Assembly (NCBI GenBank): GCA_965218975.1
Contig: OZ244717.1
Location: forward strand, 704,001 to 768,000
Length of the DNA stretch: 64,000 bases
Direction of reading: 5' to 3'
Source: Candidatus Oxydemutatoraceae bacterium
GTDB lineage: Bacteria > Pseudomonadota > Gammaproteobacteria > Poriferisulfidales > Oxydemutatoraceae
Shown: positions 50,934 through 61,090 of the stretch, one piece after another
Position numbering within the stretch: position 1 is the first letter of the stretch
How the letters are laid out: every line of letters begins with the position of its first letter
Translations under genes and position numbers: made by a program
The notes under the pieces: generated by a model
Told to the model about the DNA's origin: nothing
Databases searched by the model: none
Seen by the model: only the letters and a program-made list of their open reading frames with translations

Positions 50934-53071
50934 GTCATTTCCGGAAAGTGCTTCTACCGGCGGGAGCGCTGCTGCTGCTGTTGACGATTTCTTTGTTCTT
51001 ACTGGTCAGTTCGGTGCAGGATTCGGCGGCTTTTGATCGCCATCATTTAAAGATTCTCAGCTTTAACATTTTGCTGCTATTAGTTTTCATCATTTTGATT
51101 GTGGTGAATGTCGGGCGGTTGGTTTATCGTCGCATCAAGCGACGTACCGGATCGCGCTTGACGTTCAAGCTCACAATATTATTCGTTATTTTTGCCTTAG
51201 CCCCGGCAACGGTAGTTTATGGCGTTTCTTTATGGATGATTGACAAGGGGATGAGCTCTTGGTTTTCAATTGATGTGGAGCAGGCACTTGAGGATGCAAT
51301 TTCACTGAGTCGTCATTCGCTTAATACCCAGTTAAGTTTATATAAAAATGAAATTGTTCCGTTGGTTGAAGACTTGATCGGCGCACCGGATGATCTTGCG
51401 GCATATTTAATTAATACTTATGTTGCGGCAAACCGTGAGAGCGAGGTCGTCTTATTAGCTAGCGACCGCCGGATTGTTGCGGCGGCAAGCGGCATATTTC
51501 CCAAGCTATTGCCGGATTTGCCTTCCGATGAAATATTACGCAGCGTGATTGGCGGAGAACCCTATTACGGGATTGATCCGATTCAGGCACGTGGTCTTTA
51601 CGCGCGATTAGTTATTTCCTTGCCGCCGACTCGGACAATGCCAGAACTGAGAATTCTGCAGCTACTGTATCCCGTGTCCGAACGGGCAAATACGCTTGCG
51701 GTCAGCGTGCAAAATACTTATCGTCATTACGGCCAATTGTCTTATCTGCGTAATAGTTTGGAGGATAATTTTATTTTGGCGCTGAGTTTGGTTTTACTTT
51801 CGGGCATTTTTTATGCGGTATGGGTCGCGCTTGTCTCCGCGCGCAATTTGGTTCGACCGGTTGTGAAATTGACCGATGCCACGCGAGCGGTTGCCGCCGG
51901 TGAATTGGAAGTAAAAATATCCAAACCCTCGCAAGATGACTTGGGGTTGTTAGTCGAATCATTTAATGAGATGACGGTACGCTTGTCGGAAGCACGGGAC
52001 AGCAGCGCGCGAAGCCGGGAACAACTTAGCAATCAACATACTTATCTGTATACGGTGCTAGGAAATATTTCATCGGGAGTTTTGGGTCTTGATGCACGGC
52101 ATGTATTGAAAACAGTGAACCGTGCGGCGAGTGATATTTTAGACATTGACTTAACGGAATTATCTGAGAAGTCGTTGTTTTGCAAAGTTGACCGACCCGG
52201 TTTCGTTCATTTTCGCGACCATATCAAACCGTATTTAGAGAATAGAAATCTTGAATGGGAGACTCGGTTTGATTTGACTTCGGGTGGTAAATATCAATCG
52301 CTGATTTGTCGCGGTAAGGTATTGCCGGACGGCGGTTGTGCGATTGTTTTCAATGACATCACTCAAATGGAACAGGCGCAACGTGAAACGGCATGGGGTG
52401 AGGTTGCGCGTCGGCTGGCGCATGAAGTAAAGAATCCGTTGACCCCGATTCAGCTCTCTGCCGAGCATTTGAGCAATAAGCTGTCGGGAAAATTGGCGGC
52501 AAAAGATAAAGAATTCCTTGAACGATCAACGCACACAATTATTGAGCAGGTTAAGTCGATGAAGCAGATGGTAGATGAATTCAGCCAGTATTCGCGTCTG
52601 ACGACACCGCGACCGGAGATTCTACCGATGAATACGCTGGTGTGCGAGGTGGTGGATTTATATCATTCCGGCGATTACCAAATCACGCTAAAACTACTGA
52701 CTGAAGATCTTTTGGTTTCGGGCGATGCTTCGCGTTTGCGTCAGCTTTTGCATAATTTATTAAAAAACTCAGAGGAAGCGCTTCAGGAAAATTCCAGCGG
52801 AGAAATCATAATTGTGTTACGTGCAGATCAACAAAGTGCGAGCAAAGTGGTTCTGGCGGTATCCGATAACGGTCCGGGTTTCGATCCGGCGGTCGTCAAA
52901 AACTTGTTTGAACCGTATGCGACCACCAAGCTAAAAGGTAAAGGTTTAGGACTGGCAATCGTCAAGAAAATCGTGGAAGAGCATAATGGCAAGATTCGAG
53001 CGTTTAATTTGCCGCAAGGCGGCGCCTCGGTTATTGTTACATTACCACGTATCTGGAGGGAGGCAGCATGA
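50918..53071 (+). CDS. ntrY: NtrY-like sensor histidine kinase (HAMP-PAS-HisKA-HATPase)
   Basis: AWGEVARRLAHEVKNPLTPIQLSAE, NLLKN, DNGPG, GLGL. Confidence 0.88.
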   Translation: MVIAVSHFRKVLLPAGALLLLLTISLFLLVSSVQDSAAFDRHHLKILSFNILLLLVFIILIVVNVGRLVYRRIKRRTGSRLTFKLTILFVIFALAPATVVYGVSLWMIDKGMSSWFSIDVEQALEDAISLSRHSLNTQLSLYKNEIVPLVEDLIGAPDDLAAYLINTYVAANRESEVVLLASDRRIVAAASGIFPKLLPDLPSDEILRSVIGGEPYYGIDPIQARGLYARLVISLPPTRTMPELRILQLLYPVSERANTLAVSVQNTYRHYGQLSYLRNSLEDNFILALSLVLLSGIFYAVWVALVSARNLVRPVVKLTDATRAVAAGELEVKISKPSQDDLGLLVESFNEMTVRLSEARDSSARSREQLSNQHTYLYTVLGNISSGVLGLDARHVLKTVNRAASDILDIDLTELSEKSLFCKVDRPGFVHFRDHIKPYLENRNLEWETRFDLTSGGKYQSLICRGKVLPDGGCAIVFNDITQMEQAQRETAWGEVARRLAHEVKNPLTPIQLSAEHLSNKLSGKLAAKDKEFLERSTHTIIEQVKSMKQMVDEFSQYSRLTTPRPEILPMNTLVCEVVDLYHSGDYQITLKLLTEDLLVSGDASRLRQLLHNLLKNSEEALQENSSGEIIIVLRADQQSASKVVLAVSDNGPGFDPAVVKNLFEPYATTKLKGKGLGLAIVKKIVEEHNGKIRAFNLPQGGASVIVTLPRIWREAA

Positions 53072-54315
53072 GTCAAAAAATTTTAGTTGTGGATGATGAA
53101 CCCAATATTTGCAATTCGGTACAAGATATTCTCGAGGATGAAGGGTTTGAAGTGCAGATTGCCGATAGTGCCTCAATGGCTAATACTCAAATAGCAATGC
53201 AGGCATTTGATCTGGTGCTACTGGATATTTGGATGGCGCCCGAGGACGGCATCAGTTTATTGCGTCAATGGAAGGAACAGAATCAAGTGCGGGCGCCGGT
53301 AGTGATGATGTCTGGACACGGAACAGTTGAAACTGCGGTTGAGGCGACCCGACTCGGCGCCTGCGGCTTTATTGAAAAGCCGTTAACGATGGCGAAATTA
53401 CTACAGGTTGTATGCAACAACTTGAAACCCGTCGCTGTGACAGAACACAGCGTCGCGCCGGGACGCGAATTTGTGGGGTCAAGCGCGGTCGTCAGAAAAC
53501 TGCGTGAAGATATTTTACGTTGCGCCACTGCTGGACAGCATGTCTTCATTCGAGGCGAATACGGCACAGGAAAACAATTTATCGCGGAAAATATTCATAG
53601 CCAAAGTACACGGTCGAACGCTCCTTTTGTGGTGGTTGCCGAAGGGTCGGGCAGCGATACTTTTACGCGAGCTGGAGGCGGCACTTTATTTCTTGAGTGC
53701 GAGAAGATTCCGCCTGCGTTGGCCCAAAGTCTGAAAAAAAAAATTGATAATGGCGATAATAATTACTGTGTGATATTTACCACACGGGATTTATCGTTGA
53801 CCAATACCGGTCTTTCCGCACAGCTCCAAGCGCTGCTTTCACCATTGATTGTGGTTGCACCGCCATTGCGCGCTTATGCCGAAGATATTCCCGAGATTAT
53901 TCGTGCCAGCACTGATTGGCATAGTCAAAACGATCGAAAATTACCGTATCGGAAGTTTTCTATCGCCGCGCAAAATTATCTGTTGCATTACGAGTGGCCC
54001 GAGAATCTTGCCGAGCTCGACTATTGCGTATATCGCTTATTGAAGGACGGCACCGATGAAGAAGTGTCTCCGGAAGAAGTAAAACAGATGGTTGGCGTGT
54101 CATATTCGGAGTATGCCTGGTTTGAGCAAGTTCTGCAAAAGCCAATGCGTGAGGCGCGGGAAATGTTTGAGAAAATGTACTTGAAGCAATTGCTTGAGCA
54201 AGTGGGCGGTAGTGTGAGCCGGTTGGCTGAAAAAACCGATATGGAGCGTACCCATCTATATCGTAAACTGCGTGCTTTGGGTATTGCTTACAAAGAGAGT
54301 AAGAGACACAGATGA
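53068..54315 (+). CDS. ntrX: NtrX-like response regulator (REC, degenerate AAA+, Fis HTH)
   Basis: LLDIWM, MMSGHG, FIEKP, GEYGTGK, MERTHLYRKL. Confidence 0.85.
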   Translation: MSQKILVVDDEPNICNSVQDILEDEGFEVQIADSASMANTQIAMQAFDLVLLDIWMAPEDGISLLRQWKEQNQVRAPVVMMSGHGTVETAVEATRLGACGFIEKPLTMAKLLQVVCNNLKPVAVTEHSVAPGREFVGSSAVVRKLREDILRCATAGQHVFIRGEYGTGKQFIAENIHSQSTRSNAPFVVVAEGSGSDTFTRAGGGTLFLECEKIPPALAQSLKKKIDNGDNNYCVIFTTRDLSLTNTGLSAQLQALLSPLIVVAPPLRAYAEDIPEIIRASTDWHSQNDRKLPYRKFSIAAQNYLLHYEWPENLAELDYCVYRLLKDGTDEEVSPEEVKQMVGVSYSEYAWFEQVLQKPMREAREMFEKMYLKQLLEQVGGSVSRLAEKTDMERTHLYRKLRALGIAYKESKRHR

Positions 54316-55688
54316 AAATTATCATCCTTGGTGCCGGCCAAGTCGGAGGATCGCTTGCCTGCATTTTGGCGGATGAGGGCAATGATGTTACTTTGGTCGA
54401 CGAAAATGCTGCTTGCCTTGAGGAATATAAAACGATTGCCGATTTAAGAACGGTGGTCGGCCGTGCGTCGCATCCGGAAATTTTGCAACAGGCAGATGCC
54501 GAAGATGCCGATATGATTGTAGCGTTGACCGGTGAAGATGAAACGAATATGGTCGCTTGTCAAGTTGCGCACACATTATTTCATGTCCCGACTAAAATTG
54601 CCCGAGTGCGACGTGTCCCCTACCGCAAACATCCCAAGCTGTTTTCCGACGATGCGATACCAATTGATGTACTGATCCGTCCGGAAGAATTGGTGTCGGA
54701 AACCATCAGCCGTTTAATCAAGTATCCTAATTCGTTGCGGGTGGTTGAATTTGCCGACGGACAGCTGTTGTTAGTGGCGGTGCGTGCCGAGTATGGCGGG
54801 CAATTGGTCGGCAAATATCTACATGAAATTCCTACCGAACTACCGGGAATCGAGGCGCGGGTGGCGGCGATTTATCGCGATGGTACGGAAATGATTACTC
54901 CCGACGGCGATACGCGGATTGAACATCGCGACATTGTATTTTTTATTACCGCGGACAGATTTGTTCGCTCAATGACGGTTGCTTTGCATAGTTCGGAAAA
55001 GCCGTATAAAAGGATTTTTATTGCCGGCGGCGGCAGAATCGGCACGCATTTGGCGGAGGTTTTAATGCCAGATTATCAGGTCAAAATTATTGATTATAAT
55101 CAAGCGCGCAGTGAAATGTTAGCCGAGCGGCTAAATGATGTCGTAGTGTTACAGGGCGATGCAATCAGCGCTGAAATTATGCTTGAAGAAAATATGGATT
55201 GCATGGATGTATTTTGCGCAGTGACGAACGATGACGAGGATAATATCCTGTCGTCGATGATGGCGAAGCATTTGGGTGTCCGAAAAACAATGGCGTTGAT
55301 TAACCGCCCGCGCTACGTTGATTTGATTCAGCAAGGTAGTATCGATGTTGCTATTTCACCGCAACAAGACTCTATCAGTGCTTTGCTCAGACATATTCGC
55401 AAGGGCGATGTCGCAGTGGCATATTCATTGAACCGTGGCAAGGCGGAAGCGATTGAAGCGATTGCGCATGGTGATCAGAACACTTCGCAAGTGGTCGGTA
55501 AAAGCATTGACAACATCTCGCTGCCCGAAGGCGCGGGCATCGGCGCGGTGGTGCGCGGAGAAGAAGTGATAATGGCTCATCATGATCTGATAATTGAAAC
55601 TGACGACCATGTTATTTTATTTGTAAGCAACAAAAAATATATTCCCGCGATTGAAAGATTATTTCAAGTTAAAGCAACTTTTTTTTAA
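54312..55688 (+). CDS. trkA: Trk potassium uptake protein TrkA
   Basis: MKIIILGAGQVG and second Rossmann IAGGGRIG, 458 aa. Confidence 0.96.
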   Translation: MKIIILGAGQVGGSLACILADEGNDVTLVDENAACLEEYKTIADLRTVVGRASHPEILQQADAEDADMIVALTGEDETNMVACQVAHTLFHVPTKIARVRRVPYRKHPKLFSDDAIPIDVLIRPEELVSETISRLIKYPNSLRVVEFADGQLLLVAVRAEYGGQLVGKYLHEIPTELPGIEARVAAIYRDGTEMITPDGDTRIEHRDIVFFITADRFVRSMTVALHSSEKPYKRIFIAGGGRIGTHLAEVLMPDYQVKIIDYNQARSEMLAERLNDVVVLQGDAISAEIMLEENMDCMDVFCAVTNDDEDNILSSMMAKHLGVRKTMALINRPRYVDLIQQGSIDVAISPQQDSISALLRHIRKGDVAVAYSLNRGKAEAIEAIAHGDQNTSQVVGKSIDNISLPEGAGIGAVVRGEEVIMAHHDLIIETDDHVILFVSNKKYIPAIERLFQVKATFF

Positions 55689-57139
55689 TGCAGCTGCTAT
55701 TGGTGCAAAAGATTATCGGCGTTTTGTTGATATTGTTCAGCACAATTATGCTTGTGCCGGCGGCAGTCGGGCTATGGTACGGCGAACATAGTGCTCAAAC
55801 TTTTCTAATTGCGTTTGGCGTCACCGTCGGCGCTGGCGCGCTATTGTGGTTGCCGGTGCGCCGGTTGGGAACGGATTTACGTTTGCGCGACGGCTTTCTG
55901 GTCGTAGTGTTGTTTTGGACTGTGCTCAGCGTTTTCGGTGCCGTGCCGTTTTATCTGATTGAAGATTATCAGATGAATCTGACGGTCTATGATGCTCTGT
56001 TTGAATCTTTCTCCGGGTTGACGACAACCGGCGCCACCGTGTTGATCGGGTTGGACGATCTGCCGCATTCACTTCTGTTGTACCGGCATTTGCTGCAATG
56101 GTTGGGCGGCTTGGGTATTATTATTTTAGCGCTTGCAATATTGCCGATGTTGTCTGTCGGCGGAATGCAGTTGTATCGGGCCGAAACATTAGGCCCGGTG
56201 AAAGACACCAAGCTGACGCCGCGAATCACCGAAACGGCAAAAGCACTGTGGTACATTTATGTTTTGCTGACGACCTTCTGCGCGTTAGCTTACTGGCTAG
56301 CCGGGATGACACCGTTTGATGCGATCTGCCATAGCTTTTCAACGATTTCCATTGGCGGGTTCTCTACCCATGATGCCAGCATCGGCTATTTTGACAGTGT
56401 GGCGATTGAGCTTATTGCGGTGGTATTTATGTTGATTGCCGGGGCAAACTTCGGTTTGCATTTTGGCGCATTGCGGCATAGAAGTTTTAGCGCATACGCA
56501 CGTGACAGCGAATTCAAGTTGTTTATTGGCATTATGCTGTTCGCCGTTGCGGTGGTCGCGCTGTATTTAATTGAGGAAGGCGCGCAGTCCGGCACGGCGA
56601 TACGCCAAGCTTTGTTTCAAGCGATCTCAATCGGCACGACAACCGGGTTTACCACTTCCGGTTATGCGTACTGGCCGGGGTTTTTACCCGCGTTTTTAAT
56701 TTCGGTCAGTTTCATCGGCGGCTGCGCCGGGTCAACCAGCGGCGGCATTAAAGTCATTCGCTTTTTATTGCTGGTCAAGCAAGGTATGCGTGAACTGTTT
56801 CACTTAACCCACCCGCATGCGGTCGCATCAATCACTGTAGGGAAAAAGTTTGTGACAGCGGAAGTCGTCAATGCTGTTTGGGGATTTTTTGCGGTATATG
56901 TCGGTCTCTTTTTGCTGATGATTATGCTTCTGCTTGCATCGGGCTTGGACGAAGTTACCGCTTTTTCGGCAGTTGCCGCGACTCTAAACAACTTAGGGCC
57001 GGGGCTTGCCGGCGTGAGTGAAAGTTATGCCGAGATTGGGAACCACGATAAATTGTTATTGTGTATGTCCATGTTGCTCGGGCGGCTTGAAGTATTTACC
57101 TTGTTGGTTGTTTTTACTCCCGGATTCTGGCGCAAGTAG
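55688..57139 (+). CDS. trkH: Trk potassium uptake membrane protein TrkH
   Basis: FESFSGLTTTGAT, QWLGGLG, GGCAGSTSGGIK, NNLGPG, LGRLE. Confidence 0.96.
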   Translation: MQLLLVQKIIGVLLILFSTIMLVPAAVGLWYGEHSAQTFLIAFGVTVGAGALLWLPVRRLGTDLRLRDGFLVVVLFWTVLSVFGAVPFYLIEDYQMNLTVYDALFESFSGLTTTGATVLIGLDDLPHSLLLYRHLLQWLGGLGIIILALAILPMLSVGGMQLYRAETLGPVKDTKLTPRITETAKALWYIYVLLTTFCALAYWLAGMTPFDAICHSFSTISIGGFSTHDASIGYFDSVAIELIAVVFMLIAGANFGLHFGALRHRSFSAYARDSEFKLFIGIMLFAVAVVALYLIEEGAQSGTAIRQALFQAISIGTTTGFTTSGYAYWPGFLPAFLISVSFIGGCAGSTSGGIKVIRFLLLVKQGMRELFHLTHPHAVASITVGKKFVTAEVVNAVWGFFAVYVGLFLLMIMLLLASGLDEVTAFSAVAATLNNLGPGLAGVSESYAEIGNHDKLLLCMSMLLGRLEVFTLLVVFTPGFWRK

Positions 57140-57159
57140 CGTTGATTATTTTAGCCGGT

Positions 57160-58083
57160 TCATTTTTTTGGACGATAAATATGTGCGATCGGACTACGGG
57201 CAAATCGTTTATATATCCATAAGTACTGCTCGGGACAGCGCATAATGATTTTTTCCAACATCCGATTTAATGCGGTGGCGGATACTAATAAATCTCGGTC
57301 GTACAGAGCGTCAGGCGCGGCAAAATATACCAGACGATACCCGGCTTCAAGCCGTTCAGTGCACAGAAATACTACTGTTGCGTACCGTGCCAGATGTGAC
57401 ACGAGTGTTCCGGTATATGCCGGCAGGCCAAAAAAGGGCGCGAGTGTTTTGGCAGTTCTTTTGCGTGTCGCCAAATCAGCCAGCACCCCGATATTTTTTC
57501 CTTCGCGTAAGGCATGGAACAAAACGCGAATACTTTTGATATTTGCCGGCAACGGACGAAACCCCAGAGTGCGGCGTCCATTATTGATGAATTGGTCAAG
57601 CAACAAGTTTTTATTGGGATGATATAAGCAAATTAAAGGTTCCTGATTATATTGCAAACCGGCAAACGCTTCCCAACATCCGTAATGCAATGAAACGTAA
57701 ATTACTGGGCCTTTGGCTTGCGCCGTATCGGCAATCTGTTGTCCTTCGACTTGTTGGCATAATTGACGCACATATTGCCGCCCCTTTTGCCAAAGATGCG
57801 GTAATTCAATACATAATTTGCCCATTTCACGGAAACTTTTTTGCGCAAGGCGACGGTGTTCAAGCGGGGATTTGTTCGGCAAACAGACCTTTATATTTGC
57901 CAGCACAATTCGCCGGTGACGCGGCGTTGCGTGGTAAGCGATCGTTCCCAGATAAGCGCCGCACCGGCGAGTGGCGTGTAACGACAAATGCGCGCAACTT
58001 TGCCACAAGGCGCAGATTGCCCGGCCGATCAATTTTTCTATAAGAATTTTATAAAAAGTTGATTTTTTTTTTGAATCCTTCAT
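57160..58083 (-). CDS. lpxL: Lipid A biosynthesis acyltransferase (LpxL/HtrB family)
   Basis: HYGCWE motif, PFFGLPA, PEQYLWIYKRF. Confidence 0.8.
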   Translation of the reverse strand: MKDSKKKSTFYKILIEKLIGRAICALWQSCAHLSLHATRRCGAYLGTIAYHATPRHRRIVLANIKVCLPNKSPLEHRRLAQKSFREMGKLCIELPHLWQKGRQYVRQLCQQVEGQQIADTAQAKGPVIYVSLHYGCWEAFAGLQYNQEPLICLYHPNKNLLLDQFINNGRRTLGFRPLPANIKSIRVLFHALREGKNIGVLADLATRKRTAKTLAPFFGLPAYTGTLVSHLARYATVVFLCTERLEAGYRLVYFAAPDALYDRDLLVSATALNRMLEKIIMRCPEQYLWIYKRFARSPIAHIYRPKK

Positions 58084-58235
58084 GGAATGGGGTTTGCCAA
58101 TGTAATATAATCTGTTCTAGTTGCTTGTTTAATCCCGCATGATACGGGTTTTGATCTTAGTAACCAAGATAAACGGTAAATTACCAAGTAATGCCAAAGT
58201 GTATTATTACTTTAATATAAAGGAGCAAAAGCGTT

Positions 58236-58517
58236 ATGCAAAAGAGGAGACTATTAACCGGGTCGGCAATTGCCGGTATTTTGACAATCAGCACAACCAT
58301 CGCATCGGCAGTTCCCAATCAACCGAGCGAGTGGGAAAAATGCGCAGGCGTTGCCAAAGTAGGGATGAATGACTGCGGCGCGTTAGATGGGAAGCATGCC
58401 TGCGCTGGTCAGTCGAAAATGACGAATAGCGATCAGGAGTGGATCTATGTTCCCAAAGGCACTTGCGACAAAATTCCCGGCGGAATGGTTGTTGCAGTCA
58501 AGCCCGCGAAAAAGTAA
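58236..58517 (+). CDS. DUF2282 / bufferin BufA1-type metallophore precursor
   Basis: Signal peptide, EKCAGVAKVGMNDC...HACAG...WIYVPKGTCDKI four-Cys pattern. Confidence 0.88.
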   Translation: MQKRRLLTGSAIAGILTISTTIASAVPNQPSEWEKCAGVAKVGMNDCGALDGKHACAGQSKMTNSDQEWIYVPKGTCDKIPGGMVVAVKPAKK

Positions 58518-58528
58518 CCGCCGGACTT

Positions 58529-58573
58529 ACAATTGACGTCGGAGAGAGGGTTCTTCGGCGTCAATTGTTTTTT
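58529..58573 (+). terminator. Stem-loop + T tract between precursor and MNIO genes
   Basis: acaattgacgtcggag / cttcggcgtcaattgt followed by ttttt. Confidence 0.65.
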
Positions 58574-58594
58574 ACTCACTACCTGATTGGAACA

Positions 58595-59452
58595 ATGTCT
58601 ACCGTGACGCAGCGCGGCTGCCAGACAAAACAACCGCAGGGAGTCGGCATCGGGTTCCGCCATCCGCACGCCGCCGAACTGATTCGGCGCAAGCCGCCGC
58701 TGGGTTGGTTGGAGGTTTTGGCGGACAACTACTTTGCGGAAGGCGGCTTGGCGCATCGCCAACTTGCCGATATATGCGCGCATTATCCGATAACAGTACA
58801 TAGTGTCGGGATGTCTCTCGGATCAATTGACCCTCCCGATTTTTCTTATCTGCAAAAGATTAAAAATCTGGCGAAGCGGCACGACGCGCTGAGTATCTCG
58901 GATCATCTGTGCTTTGTCAGTGCGGACAATGTGCGGTTGCATGACTTATTGCCGTTGCCGCATACGGAAGAGGCGGTGCGACATACCGCAAGTAAAATCC
59001 GTCAGGTGCAGGATTTTTTTGAACAAAGAATCTTAATTGAAAACATTTCAAGCTATTTGACTTATCAATCGTCCGTCATGGGCGAGGTTGAATTTCTGAA
59101 TGCAGTCGCGACCGAAGCCGACTGCGATATATTGCTTGATCTGAATAACTTGTATGTGAGTGCATATAACCACAAGTATGATGTGCAAGCGATGCTGCGC
59201 GGCGTCAATGCGGAACGAGTGCGGCAGATCCATTTGGGCGGTTTTGAGGACAAGGGCGTTTATTTACTGGACGCGCACAACCACCGCGTTGCTGGCGAAG
59301 TATGGGATTTACTTGCCCGATTGGCTAGTTGGTGTAGCGATATTCCGGTACTGATAGAATGGGACAACGACCTGCCGGCATTAGACGTTCTGCTGGATGA
59401 AGCGCGACATGCCGAGCGAGTTATGCAACAGACGCAGCACGCGATGGCGTAA
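58595..59452 (+). CDS. DUF692 multinuclear non-haem iron oxidative enzyme (BufB-type)
   Basis: GIGFR, WLEVLADNY, HSVGMSLGS, SDHLCF, DLLPLP, ENISSY, LDLNNLYV, IHLGG, IEWD. Confidence 0.92.
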   Translation: MSTVTQRGCQTKQPQGVGIGFRHPHAAELIRRKPPLGWLEVLADNYFAEGGLAHRQLADICAHYPITVHSVGMSLGSIDPPDFSYLQKIKNLAKRHDALSISDHLCFVSADNVRLHDLLPLPHTEEAVRHTASKIRQVQDFFEQRILIENISSYLTYQSSVMGEVEFLNAVATEADCDILLDLNNLYVSAYNHKYDVQAMLRGVNAERVRQIHLGGFEDKGVYLLDAHNHRVAGEVWDLLARLASWCSDIPVLIEWDNDLPALDVLLDEARHAERVMQQTQHAMA

Positions 59453-59470
59453 GTGATTATAGTGACGTTG

Positions 59471-60241
59471 ATGGATTTGCGTCGCCTCCAACAAAATTTC
59501 AAAGATGCATTATTAACCGGCGAGACCGCTTGTTTATCCGATGCCCTTTGTCAGCAGGATGAAGGCGGCATGTCAAAACAAGAACAAGTCGCGGTATATC
59601 GCAACAATATGATTGGCGGGCTGACTAATACTTTGAAACAAATTTATCCGGCTTGTCGCAGGCATTTGACAGACGAACATTTTTTACCCGCGGCACGGGG
59701 TTATATCGCGACGCATCCGTCAACCCATTACGATTTGAATTTTTATGGCGCCGGTTTTGCACAATTCATTCAACAGTTAAGTGCCGATTATGCGGCGATA
59801 TCCGACCGGCCCTATTTGCCGGAATTGGCGCATTTGGAATGGTTGTGTCATTCTGCCTACTATGCGCAAGATGACGGCGCGTTTGATTTTGCCGCTTTTG
59901 AACGAGCGGCAGCGGATCAACCCGATACCATTCGATTTGTCCCAAGCAACAGTTTAGCACTGCTATCCTCGTGTTATTCGTTAAAACAGATCCGTGAAAC
60001 ATCGGGCGATTTATCGCAATCATTGGTATCTCCGCTTACCGATGCAACAAAGCACTTATGCATTAGTCGGCGGAAGTGGGAAGTGGCGGTGGATGAGATC
60101 AATGCGGAAGTTTATCATTTGATAACTGCTGTTTTAAACAACAATTCGCTGGAAAATTTGTCCGCACGCTGCGCGCAGATTGATCGGCATCTGCCGGAAT
60201 TGGTGCGGAAAAAATGGCTTTGCGGATTCGTCGTTAAATAG
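59471..60241 (+). CDS. DUF2063 partner protein (BufC/HvfC-type)
   Basis: LQQNF..AL, VYRNN, YP, YG..F..F, LPELAHLEW; follows DUF692. Confidence 0.85.
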   Translation: MDLRRLQQNFKDALLTGETACLSDALCQQDEGGMSKQEQVAVYRNNMIGGLTNTLKQIYPACRRHLTDEHFLPAARGYIATHPSTHYDLNFYGAGFAQFIQQLSADYAAISDRPYLPELAHLEWLCHSAYYAQDDGAFDFAAFERAAADQPDTIRFVPSNSLALLSSCYSLKQIRETSGDLSQSLVSPLTDATKHLCISRRKWEVAVDEINAEVYHLITAVLNNNSLENLSARCAQIDRHLPELVRKKWLCGFVVK

Positions 60242-60415
60242 CTTGGTCGCAATTTAAGGATGTTATCCTCTGTTTGGCGCGTTGCATTTTGTAATTCCGA
60301 TATGAACGGACATGTCGCGCCTTGATCACCTGAAGCAGTTTTATTTTATCTTGGTTTGCTTAGAGAAGCGCCTTGTCGGAGCGCGTTGACTATCGGATTG
60401 CAGCAGTCGTATGTC

Positions 60416-60441
60416 TGCATAGTGTCGGATACATACTGGAC
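60416..60441 (+). mobile_element. Solo IS481-like left-end sequence
   Basis: tgcatagtgtcggatacatactggac resembles tgtatagcgccggatacatacgggac at 9467. Confidence 0.45.
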
Positions 60442-60484
60442 AAATCTTTTGTTTTGTTTACTATAGCACTTTAAAGCAAATACG

Positions 60485-61081
60485 ATGTCCACTTCACGCA
60501 CGAGCACCGTCCGGCGTCATACCGCTGAAACCCAAATTGACGTTACCCTCAATTTAGACGGGGGCGGTCGGGGAAAAATTAAAATCGATATTCCTTTTCT
60601 GAAACACATGCTTGAGCAGTTAAAAAAACATGCTTGCCTTGATCTGGATATCACAGCGGCCGGCGACCTCGAAGTTGACGACCATCATACTGTTGAAGAT
60701 ACCGGGATTACGCTGGGCGAATGCTTTGCGAAAGCGCTGGGTGACAAGCAAGGTATCAGCCGTTACGGTCATGCGTATGTTCCGCTGGATGAAGCATTGT
60801 CGCGGGCGGTGATTGATTTCTCCGGAAGACCGGGGCTTGAATACAATGTTTGTTACACACGCGCGCGCATTGGTGATTTTGATGTTGATCTGATCCATGA
60901 ATTTTTTCAAGGGTTTGCAAACCATGCCCGGGCAACTTTACACATTGATAATCTTCATGGCGTGAATAGCCACCATATCGCAGAAACGATATTCAAAGCA
61001 TTTGCGCGTGCCGTTCGCATGGCGATCGCCATTGACGCAAATATGCAAGGAGCGCTTCCGTCGACAAAAGGCAGGCTTTGA
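60485..61081 (+). CDS. hisB: Imidazoleglycerol-phosphate dehydratase
   Basis: [26 protein letters not shown]. Confidence 0.96.
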   Translation: MSTSRTSTVRRHTAETQIDVTLNLDGGGRGKIKIDIPFLKHMLEQLKKHACLDLDITAAGDLEVDDHHTVEDTGITLGECFAKALGDKQGISRYGHAYVPLDEALSRAVIDFSGRPGLEYNVCYTRARIGDFDVDLIHEFFQGFANHARATLHIDNLHGVNSHHIAETIFKAFARAVRMAIAIDANMQGALPSTKGRL

Positions 61082-61090
61082 CGTTGTTTA

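Noticed and set aside
58139-58235. ECF sigma promoter upstream of the bufferin precursor (GTAACC)
   Set aside because: No matching -10 element at the expected spacing that I can support
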